43,803 nucleotides of DNA. It comes from Acidobacteriota bacterium. Lineage in GTDB: Bacteria > Acidobacteriota > Thermoanaerobaculia > UBA5066 > Gp7-AA6. Both the position numbers and the translations under genes were made by a program. The stretch lies in assembly GCA_040004225.1 (NCBI GenBank), contig JBDUBI010000184.1, positions 1 to 43,803 of the forward strand, in the 5' to 3' direction. Under the pieces are notes generated by a model. The model made no database searches. It was not told the origin of the DNA and saw only the letters and a list, made by a program, of their open reading frames with translations. This document shows, one piece after another, positions 7,859 through 16,700 of the stretch (positions are counted from its first letter, which is position 1; each line of letters begins with the position of its first letter).

Positions 7859-10800
7859 GTGATCCCAGAAAGCGGAGAATTGAGAGCGCCGCTCTTCCGG
7901 CATGTCTTCGAATTGCTTGCCGGTAACGAGCAGCTGCGACCGGACGCGGTCGCTATCGTCGCGGCCGGCCGTTCTCCGACGACCTACCGCAGTCTTCTGG
8001 CAAACGCCCTGGGACTCGCCGACCGATTGAAGGAGTTGGGCGTCGGGAGGGCGGACCGGGTCGCGGTCGTCTTGCCGAACGGTCCGGAGATGGCGACGGC
8101 GTTCCTCGCGGTCTCAATGGCCGGAGTCTGCGCGCCTTTGAATCCCGGCTATCGCGCCAACGAGTTCCGGTTTCTTCTTCCCGACCTCGGCGCGCGGGCG
8201 CTGATCGTCTCCGCGGGCGATGAAACCTCACCTGCCCGCCTGGCGGCGCGGGAGCTGGCAATACCCATCTTCGAAGCGCGGCCGGCGGTTGATTCGGGCG
8301 CGGGCGGCTTCACTCTGACGGGCGATTCGACGGGCCCGCCCGCTTCCCCCGGTTCCCCGGACGCAGACGACCTCGCGCTCGTCCTCTACACCTCGGGGAT
8401 GACGTCGAGGCCGAAGGCGGTTCCCCTCTCTCACCGTCGGATCTGCATCTCCGCGCACAACATCGCGGTCGCGCTCGAGCTCACGCCGGGCGACCGCTGT
8501 TTGAACGTCATGCCGCTCTTTCACGCGCATGGCCTGATCATCGCGCTGCTCTCCTCCTTGACGGCGGGAGGGTCGGTCGTGTGCTCCGGCGGATTCTCGG
8601 CAGAGGATTTCTTCGCCTCGGTCCGGGACGCGCGGCCGACCTGGTATACGGCGGCGCCGACTATCCACCATGCGGTCGTCGAGAGCGCGCCGGAGTACCG
8701 GGGGATCCTCCGGGGCCACGGCGTGCGCTTCATCCGATCCTCCGCCGCCTTTCTGCCCGCGAACGTGAAGGCGGGGCTCGAGCGGGAGTTCGCCTGTCCG
8801 GTGATCGAGGCGTACGGGATGACGGAGTGCACGCAGATCACGTCGAACCCTCGGACGCCGGACGGACGGAGGGAGGGCTCCGTGGGCGTCCCCGCAGGCC
8901 CGACGGTCGCCGTTCTGGACGAGACTGGGAGGGTCCTGCCCCCGGGCGACGCCGGAGAGGTGGTCGTCCGGGGTCCGGCGGTCGTCACCGGTTATCTGAG
9001 CAATCCCGCCGCGGACCAGAGCGCGTTCTTCGACGGCTGGTTCCGGACCGGCGACCAGGGGGTCCTCTCGGCAGACGGGTACTTGACACTGACGGGTCGC
9101 CTGAAGGAAATCATCAACTGTGGCGGCGAGAAGCTCTCTCCCTATGAAGTGGATGAAGTCCTGATGGATCATCCCGCGGTTTCCCAGGCGGTCGCCTTTG
9201 GGGTCGCGCATCCGACACTCGGGGAGGACGTCGCCGCGGCGGTTGTCCTGCGCGGCGGCGCCGTGGCGACGGAGACGGAGCTCCGCGACTTCGCCGCGAC
9301 GCGTCTGGCGGATTACAAGGTTCCCCGCCAGATTCTGATCGTCGCCGAGATCCCGAAGAGCGCGACAGGAAAGCTTCGCCGCGTGGGTCTCGCCGAGGCG
9401 CTCGGGCTCGCGGCTCCGGCGGAGGGCCGCTCCGCGGCGGCCGCTCCCGCTCCCGCGCCAGAGGAGTCGGTGGAGCGGAGGCTCGCGAAGATATGGGCGG
9501 AGCTTTTGAAACTCGACAGCGTGGACATGAATGCCAACTTCTTCCGACTCGGGGGGGACTCCATCCTGGCATCGCGCCTCGTCGCGAGAGTTCGAAAAGA
9601 ATTTCGGGTGGAGCTTCCGTTGCGCAGCCTCTTCGCGACGCCGACGGTCGCGGAGCTGTCCTCCACGATCGAACGGAGCAAGTCCCAACCGGCGCCGCCG
9701 ACCGCGCCGGCGCGGGAGCGGTCGCGCCCTGCGGAGCCCCCCTCTCCCGAGCCCGAGGGCTTCCCGACTCCCGCGTCCTTCCCCTCGGTCTCGTCGCCCG
9801 CCGCCGTCCCGGCCGCGGAAGCGCTGTCCAGTTCGCCCGTGGGCGAGAGGGTGCACTTCAGCCTCATCTTCTTCTCCGCGGACGGCTCGACGGCGTCATC
9901 CGACAAGTACCGGCTCGTTCTCGAGGCGTCGCAGTTCGCCGACCGGCACGGCTACACGGCGGTCTGGACCCCCGAGCGCCACTTTCACCCCTTCGGAGGC
10001 CTGTATCCGAATCCGGCGGTCCTCGGAGCCGCGATCGCGGCGACGACGAACCGCGTTCAAATTCGCGCCGCGAGCGTCGTGCTTCCGCTTCAGAACCCCA
10101 TCCGGGTGGCGGAGGAGTGGGCCTTAGTCGACAACCTCTCGCGGGGGCGCGTCGCCGTCTCGTTCGCCTCCGGCTGGCACGTCAACGATTTCGCGCTCTG
10201 GCCGTCGACTTTCGAGAACCGGAAGAAAGTCATGTTCGAGCGTCTTCGCATCGTTCGGGACCTGTGGGCCGGCAAGCCGTTCATGACACGAAACGGCGCT
10301 GGCATCGAGATTCCGGTGACGAGCTACCCGAGGCCGATCCAGCCCACCCTGCCTTTCTGGCTGTCGTGCCAGTCCGATGAAACGTTCGCGATGGCGGGCG
10401 AGCTCGGGGGAAATGTCATCACGTCGATGTTCCTGATGTCGGTCGAGGAGCTGGCGGGGAAAATCGCCGTCTACCGCCAGGCCCGCGCCCGCGGCGGCCA
10501 CGATCCGGCGACGGGACAGGTGACCGTCAGCCTCCATACCTTCCTGGCGGAGGACGCGGCCACCGTGCGGGAGAAGGTGGGCGGGGCCTATCTCGACTAT
10601 CTTCTCGTCAACCTCGGTCTCCAGGCCGACCGCGTTCGCGCAGCGGGCGACGAGTTCGAGCCCTCCGACGCCGACAAGGAGTTTCTCACCCGACAGGCGA
10701 GCGAGCGGCTGTTCAACGAGCGCGGTCTCGTCGGGACCGTCGCCGCCTGCGCCGCGAGGGTCGCCACCTTGACGGCGATCGGCGTGGACGAGATCGCCTG

Positions 10801-10915
10801 CCTCATCGACTTCGGGATCGACTTCGACTCCGTGATGGCCAGCCTCTATCAGTTGAACCGCCTCAAGGACCTCTGCGCCGTCCGGTCCGCTTCCACCCCG
10901 GCGATCTCCGGATGA
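7859..10915 (+). CDS. Tri-domain loading protein: acyl-activating (AMP-binding) domain, carrier protein, luciferase-like monooxygenase (LLM)
   Basis: GTG start. AMP-binding motifs: 'LVLYTSGMTSRPKAV', 'MPLFHAHGL', 'WYTAAPTIHH', 'RFIRSSAA', 'IEAYGMTE', 'GWFRTGDQG', 'GGEKLSPYEVD', 'ATGKLRR'. Carrier: 'FFRLGGDSILASRL' (about 9550). A Pro/Ala/Ser linker follows. LLM domain from about 9845: 'FSLIFFSADG', 'YRLVLEASQFADRHGYTAVWTPERHF', 'VVLPLQNPIRVAEEWALVDNLSRGR', 'FASGWH'. Confidence 0.88.
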   Translation: MIPESGELRAPLFRHVFELLAGNEQLRPDAVAIVAAGRSPTTYRSLLANALGLADRLKELGVGRADRVAVVLPNGPEMATAFLAVSMAGVCAPLNPGYRANEFRFLLPDLGARALIVSAGDETSPARLAARELAIPIFEARPAVDSGAGGFTLTGDSTGPPASPGSPDADDLALVLYTSGMTSRPKAVPLSHRRICISAHNIAVALELTPGDRCLNVMPLFHAHGLIIALLSSLTAGGSVVCSGGFSAEDFFASVRDARPTWYTAAPTIHHAVVESAPEYRGILRGHGVRFIRSSAAFLPANVKAGLEREFACPVIEAYGMTECTQITSNPRTPDGRREGSVGVPAGPTVAVLDETGRVLPPGDAGEVVVRGPAVVTGYLSNPAADQSAFFDGWFRTGDQGVLSADGYLTLTGRLKEIINCGGEKLSPYEVDEVLMDHPAVSQAVAFGVAHPTLGEDVAAAVVLRGGAVATETELRDFAATRLADYKVPRQILIVAEIPKSATGKLRRVGLAEALGLAAPAEGRSAAAAPAPAPEESVERRLAKIWAELLKLDSVDMNANFFRLGGDSILASRLVARVRKEFRVELPLRSLFATPTVAELSSTIERSKSQPAPPTAPARERSRPAEPPSPEPEGFPTPASFPSVSSPAAVPAAEALSSSPVGERVHFSLIFFSADGSTASSDKYRLVLEASQFADRHGYTAVWTPERHFHPFGGLYPNPAVLGAAIAATTNRVQIRAASVVLPLQNPIRVAEEWALVDNLSRGRVAVSFASGWHVNDFALWPSTFENRKKVMFERLRIVRDLWAGKPFMTRNGAGIEIPVTSYPRPIQPTLPFWLSCQSDETFAMAGELGGNVITSMFLMSVEELAGKIAVYRQARARGGHDPATGQVTVSLHTFLAEDAATVREKVGGAYLDYLLVNLGLQADRVRAAGDEFEPSDADKEFLTRQASERLFNERGLVGTVAACAARVATLTAIGVDEIACLIDFGIDFDSVMASLYQLNRLKDLCAVRSASTPAISG

Positions 10916-12153
10916 GCCTTCGGCGTCCGAGCCTCGAGATCCCGGGGGAAGCGCTTTCGGAGGTCGACCGGGGCCCACTCGGCGGGATCGTAGTCCTCGA
11001 CGCCTCGCGGACGCTCTCCGGACCCTACTGCACGATGCTGCTCGCGGACATGGGCGCCACGGTCGTCAAGATCGAACAGCCGGGGCAGGGCGATCCCTCC
11101 CGGGGATGGCCCCCCTTTTTGCGGGATGAGAGCACCTATTTTCTGAGCGTCAACCGGAACAAGAGGAGTGTGACGCTCGATCTCCGGCAGCCGGATGGTC
11201 GACGGTTGCTCTGCGACATGGCGAGCCGCGCGGACGTTTTCGTCGAGAACTTCAAGACGGGCTTCCTGTCGGGGCTCGGTCTCGACTTCCCGGCGCTCCA
11301 CCGGGTCAACCCGCGCCTCGTGTACTGCTCGATCTCCGGATACGGACAGACTGGACCGCGCCGCCAGGAGACGGGATTCGACCTCACGATTCAGGCGGAG
11401 AGCGGGATCATGGACGTCACGGGCCAGCCCGACGGCCCGCCCACGAAAGTGGGCGTTCCTCTCACGGACGTGACGGCCGCTCTGTACGCGGCGTACGGCG
11501 TTCTCGCCGCGCTGCGCGCCCGGGACCGGACGGGGTCCGGGCAACTCGTGGACGTCGCGCTCTTCGACGCCGCGCTTTCGCTTCTGACGTTCCAGGCTTC
11601 GGGCGTGCTCGCGGGGACCGGCGAGCCGCGGCGGCTCGGGAATCTGCACCCCTCTCTCGCTCCCTACGAAGTGTTTCGAGCGTCCGACGCCAGTTTCGCG
11701 CTCGGCGTCGGCACGGACGCGCTCTGGAACCGCCTCTGCGCCGTGTTGACCGCCCACGGGTTCTCCAGCGAGCCCGCCTTTGCGACGAACGCCGGCCGCA
11801 TCGAACGCCGGGACACGCTCCACCAGCGGCTGGAGGAGGTCTTCGCCCGCCGGCCGACCGGGCACTGGCTTGCGGCCCTGAGAGAGGCGGGGATTCCGTG
11901 CGGCCTCATCCGCACGGTCCGCGGGGCGCTCGAGGGCGAGCAGGTCGCCGCCCGCGAAATGGTTCGCGAAATGGAGCATCCCGCGCTCGGGAAAATCCGC
12001 TCCGTCGGAATCCCCGTGAAGCTCTCCGCGACGCCGGGATCGTTCCGGCGCTCCCCCCCACTGTTAGGCGGCGACAACGAAGAGATCTATGGCGGCTGGC
12101 TCGGGATCTCCGCGGCCGAGCTTCAGGACCTGAAGAGCCGGGGGGTCGTTTGA
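10912..12153 (+). CDS. Family III CoA-transferase (CaiB/BaiF/Frc family)
   Basis: The ATG overlaps the upstream stop (ATGA, 10912-10915). 'LSGPYCTMLLADMGATVVKIEQPGQGDPSRGW' and 'GFDLTIQAESGIMDVTGQPDGPP' (catalytic Asp region) are typical family III signatures. Confidence 0.85.
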   Translation: MSLRRPSLEIPGEALSEVDRGPLGGIVVLDASRTLSGPYCTMLLADMGATVVKIEQPGQGDPSRGWPPFLRDESTYFLSVNRNKRSVTLDLRQPDGRRLLCDMASRADVFVENFKTGFLSGLGLDFPALHRVNPRLVYCSISGYGQTGPRRQETGFDLTIQAESGIMDVTGQPDGPPTKVGVPLTDVTAALYAAYGVLAALRARDRTGSGQLVDVALFDAALSLLTFQASGVLAGTGEPRRLGNLHPSLAPYEVFRASDASFALGVGTDALWNRLCAVLTAHGFSSEPAFATNAGRIERRDTLHQRLEEVFARRPTGHWLAALREAGIPCGLIRTVRGALEGEQVAAREMVREMEHPALGKIRSVGIPVKLSATPGSFRRSPPLLGGDNEEIYGGWLGISAAELQDLKSRGVV

Positions 12154-12275
12154 GCCGCGCGCCGCATTCCGGGATCCCCGACGCATCTTCCGCCGCGGAG
12201 GGGGGGAGAGGCCATCCGGCGACAGGACGCCCCTTCGAGAGCCCGCCGGGCTCCGACCAGGCGCCCGGACGTCCG

Positions 12276-13727
12276 ATGTCTTTCGGGCAGCAGCGGCTCT
12301 GGTTTCTGGATCAGCTGGAGCCTCAGAACCCCGCGTACCACGTGCAGGTGGCGCTCCGGTTGAGAGGGCCGCTCGACCTCGCGGCCCTCGAGGCAAGCCT
12401 CTCGGAGATCGCGAGGCGGCACGAGATTCTGCGGACGACCTTTCAGGTGGCCGGCGGCGAGCCGCGTCAGGTCATCGCTCCCGCGCAATCGCTCGCTTCC
12501 CGGGTCGCCGCCGTCCCCGACGGCTCCGGGGAGGATCGCGAACGGGAGGTCCTGCGGCTCGCCCACGAAGAATCGCTGCGGCCGTTCGACCTCGCGCGAG
12601 GACCGCTCGTCCGGGTCTCCCTCTTCCGGATGTCGGAACAAGACCACGTGTTCGTCGTCGTGATGCATCACATCGTCACGGACGGCTGGTCGACGTCGGT
12701 CTTTTTCCGCGAGCTCGGTGCTCTGTACAGAGCCTTCCGCGACCGCGAACCGTCGCCCCTTCCGGAGCCGCCGATGCAATACGCGGACTTCGCGGAGTGG
12801 CAGAGGCGATGGCTTCTCGGAGACGTTCTCGAGGAACAACTCACCTTCTGGAAGCGGCAGCTCGGGCAAAACCTCCCCATGCTCGATCTACCGCTCGATC
12901 GTCCGCGCTCGAGCCACCAGGGTCAGGGAGCGAGGCAGTCCTTCCGTGTTTCGAGAGAGACGGCGGAGGGATTGAAGTCGCTCGGCCTCGACGAAGGAGC
13001 GACTCTCTACATGTCGCTCCTCGCCGTGTTCGCGATGCTGCTCCACGCGCGAACGGGTCAGGAGGACATCGTCATCGGCACCCCGATGGCCGGGCGCACG
13101 CAGCTCGAGACCGAGGATCTTATCGGATTCTTCGTCAATCCTCTCGTGCTGCGAATCGACCTCTCCGGCGACCCGACGTTCCGAGAGCTGCTCGGACGCG
13201 TGCGCGAAGTCGCGCTCGACGGATATGCGCACCAGGATCTCCCGTTCGAAAAGCTCGTCGAAGTTCTGCATGCGCAGCGAACGCTGAGCTCGTCGCCCCT
13301 TTATCAGGTCTGGTTCGCGTTTCAGAACGTGCCCGACCCGCGGCCCGAGCTTCCGGGGATTCTCGTGACCGCGCTCGAACCGGACTGCCGGCAACTCGAC
13401 CGCGGACCGACCGGCACCGCGCGTCACGATCTGAGGTTCGGCCTCTCTCAGACGCCCGATGGGCTGCGCGGAGACGTGGAGTACAAGACGGACCTCTTCG
13501 ACGCACCGACCATCGCCTCCCTGGTCTTCGATTACGAAACACTTCTCCGGATCGCCGTCGAGGACTCGGGACGGACGTTGCGCCGTTGTATGGAGCGGCT
13601 CCGGGAAGCCCGCAGACGGGAAGGCGCGGGCCGCAGGAGCCGGCACTCGGAGGCGGCGCGCGGCTCGCTGCTGACTTCGCGTCGAAAGCCGCTGCACGGC
13701 GACGCGCCGGACGAGACGTCGAAATGA
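12276..13727 (+). CDS. Stand-alone NRPS condensation domain protein (LCL-like)
   Basis: 'MSFGQQRLWFLDQLEPQNPAYH', 'RRHEILRTTF', canonical 'MHHIVTDGWS', 'QYADFAEWQR', 'IGFFVNPLVLR'. No A or T domain is attached. The start is chosen at the first ATG that gives a normal C1 motif; ORF-track 11898 is a 5' extension overlapping the CoA-transferase. Confidence 0.85.
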   Translation: MSFGQQRLWFLDQLEPQNPAYHVQVALRLRGPLDLAALEASLSEIARRHEILRTTFQVAGGEPRQVIAPAQSLASRVAAVPDGSGEDREREVLRLAHEESLRPFDLARGPLVRVSLFRMSEQDHVFVVVMHHIVTDGWSTSVFFRELGALYRAFRDREPSPLPEPPMQYADFAEWQRRWLLGDVLEEQLTFWKRQLGQNLPMLDLPLDRPRSSHQGQGARQSFRVSRETAEGLKSLGLDEGATLYMSLLAVFAMLLHARTGQEDIVIGTPMAGRTQLETEDLIGFFVNPLVLRIDLSGDPTFRELLGRVREVALDGYAHQDLPFEKLVEVLHAQRTLSSSPLYQVWFAFQNVPDPRPELPGILVTALEPDCRQLDRGPTGTARHDLRFGLSQTPDGLRGDVEYKTDLFDAPTIASLVFDYETLLRIAVEDSGRTLRRCMERLREARRREGAGRRSRHSEAARGSLLTSRRKPLHGDAPDETSK

Positions 13728-16700
13728 CGAGAGGTCCGGGTGGTCGTGGCGAGCAGGATACCGGGATCAATCAGATCGACCTCGAGGACGTGTACGAGCT
13801 CTCCCCGATGCAACAGGGCATCCTGTTCCACACACTCTACGATCCGGTCAACGACGTGTACCTGGAGCAGAGCGTCGTGACCCTCCGCGGAAAGCTCGAC
13901 GTCGCCCGCTTCGCGGAGGCGTGGCGGCGAGTCGCCGAGCGGCACTCGATCCTGAGAACCTCTTTCCATTGGGAGGATCTGGAGAAGCCGGTGCAGGTCG
14001 TCCAACGGGATGCTCGAGTCTCCCTCGACGTTCGGGACTGGCGCGCGCTCCCGGGGGACGAGCGGTCGAGCCGTCTCGCCGCCTTCCTCGAAGAGGATCG
14101 CGGAAGAAGCTTCGATCTGACGTCCGCTCCTCTTTGGCGCGTCGCGCTCCTGCAAACGGAGGACGACGTCCACGAATGCGTTCTGAGCTTTCAGCATCTG
14201 CTTCTCGACCGGTGGTCGCGCCTACTGCTCTTCAAAGAGATCTTCACTCTCTACGCTGCCTCGGTTTCCGGCAACGAGGCGGCCCTGCCTCGGGCGCCCT
14301 CGTACTCCGAATACATCGCGTGGCTGCAGAAGCAGGACCGGAACAGGACGGAATCGTTCTGGCGGGGTACGCTCGCCGGGTTCTCGGCCCCGACGCCGCT
14401 GCGAAGCGTGGGGGCAAGTGCGGCTGGAGGCGGTTCGGGCTTCACCGAGGCGAGTGGTCGACTCTCGCCGGACCAAACCGCCCGCCTTCAGGCTCTTGCC
14501 CGAAACAGCCGGGTGACACTGAATTCGGTCATCCAGGGCGCCTGGGCGATTCTCGCGAGCCGGTACAGCGGTCAGGACGACGTCGTCTTCGGCGTCACGG
14601 TATCCGGCCGCCCTCCCGGCCTGCCGGGCGTCGAAACAATGGTTGGGCTCTTCATCAACACGGTGCCCTTTCGAGTCGCCGTCCCGCGAGAGACGACCGC
14701 GCGGGAATTCCTCCAGGCCGTCCAGCGGAGGTTCATGAAGCTTCGCGAGTACGAGTACAGCGCACTTCTGGACGTTCAAGGGTGGAGCGAAGTGCCCCGG
14801 GGCACGCCTCTTTTCGATAGCCTCGTCGTCTTCGAAAACATCGACAGCGATTTCGACTCCGACGCCGCGTCCGGCGGCTTGAAAGTCGTCCGGACCCGCG
14901 GCTTCGGTGGGCGTACGAATTTTCCGCTCACTCTGGTCGTGAACGCGGAGCCGGCGCTTGCACTGCGGGTCTTCGGCGAGGGGGGGATCTTCGATCCTAC
15001 GACTCTGTCTCGGATGCTCGGGCATCTCGAGACGCTGCTCGACGCGATGACCGACCGGCCGGAACAATCGGTGTCTAACCTCCCGATCTTGACCGACGCG
15101 GAGCGCCGTCAGATCCTCGACGATTGGAACCGGCGTCCGGCAACAAACTCTCCGACGGAGTGCCTCCACCGGCGGTTCGAGGCGCAGGCCGACCGAGCTC
15201 CGGAATCGATCGCGGTCGAGTTCGACGGCCAAACCCTCGGCTATCGGGAGCTCAACCTTCGCGCCAACCGGCTTGCCCGACACCTGCGGCGGTTCGGGGT
15301 CGGCGCCGAAGTTCTCGTCGGCGTTCTTCTGGAGCCGTCGCTCGATCTCGTCGTCGCTCTGATGGCGGTGCTCAAGGCCGGTGGCGCCTACGTTCCGCTC
15401 GATCCGACCTATCCCCCCGAGCGGATCGGCTTCATGCTCGAGGACGCTCAAGCCGTCCTTCTCGTCACGGACGGACGAGCGGCTGAGTCGCTCGAGGTCC
15501 CGGCCGGCGTGCTCTCCGTCCGGATCGACGCGGACGCCGCGTCGATCGCCGGGGAAGATGGCCAGAACCTCGACCACGAGGATTCCCCGACGAGCCTCGC
15601 CTACCTGATCTACACCTCCGGGTCGACGGGTCAGCCGAAAGGCGTGTTGGTGGCGCACGCGAACGTGGACCGGCTCTTCACGTCGACGGAGCCGTGGTTC
15701 CGGTTCGACGAGCGCGACGTGTGGACGCTCTTCCATTCCCATGCCTTCGACTTTTCGGTGTGGGAGCTCTGGGGCGCGCTGAGGTACGGAGGCCGGCTCG
15801 TCGTGGTTCCGCGTTCCGTCGCCCGCTCGGCGGACGCATTCCACCACCTGCTCGCCGCCTCCGGCGTGACCGTTCTGAATCAGACGCCCTCGGCATTTCG
15901 CCAGCTCATTCCGATCGACGCAAGCTCCGATACCCCCCTCGGCCTGCGCCTCGTGATCTTCGGCGGCGAGGCGCTCGACGCCGGGATGCTCGCGCCCTGG
16001 CTCGAACGCCACGGCTGCGAAACACCCCGGCTCGTGAACATGTACGGGATCACCGAAACGACCGTGCACGTGACCTATCACCCGATGACGTCGGCGGATG
16101 TTCGCAAGCCGTTCGCGAGCGTGATCGGACGGCCGATACCGGACCTTCAGGTGCTCGTGCTCGATGACGAGCTCCGCCTCTGTCCGATCGGAGTCTCGGG
16201 CGAGCTCTGCATCGCTGGGGCGGGTTTGGCGCGAGGCTACCTGCGCCGACCCGATCTCACTGCTCGGAAGTTCATTCGAAACCCCTTCGCGGAGGACCCC
16301 GCCGATCATCTCTACAGATCGGGCGACCTCGGGCGCTTCCTTCCCGACGGCAATATCGAGTACCTGGGCCGGATCGACGACCAAGTCAAGATCCGCGGAT
16401 TTCGAATCGAGCTCGGAGAGGTCGAGTCGGTCCTCGCGCGGCACCCATCCGTAGCGGCGAGCGCCGTGATCGTGCGCGAGGACGCGTCAGGGGACAAGCG
16501 CCTGGTCGCTTACGTCGTGGGACCCGGGGGTAGCGCGCCGGCCGCTTCCGAACTGCGCCCGTTTCTGAAGCGCACGCTGCCCGAATACATGGTGCCTTCA
16601 TCGTACATCGCGCTCGAGAAGCTTCCGATGACTTCGACCGGAAAGCTTGATCGACGGGCATTGCCCGAGCCCGGGGAGACTCACCTAAGCGTGGCGTCCT

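Noticed and set aside
7859-9400. Annotating the loading adenylation domain as a fatty acyl-AMP ligase, and therefore the product as a lipopeptide.
   Set aside because: The motifs recalled from AAE3/Pcs60-type short-acid CoA ligases fit better than FadD/FAAL motifs, and I cannot verify the FAAL insertion by eye. The substrate class is left open.
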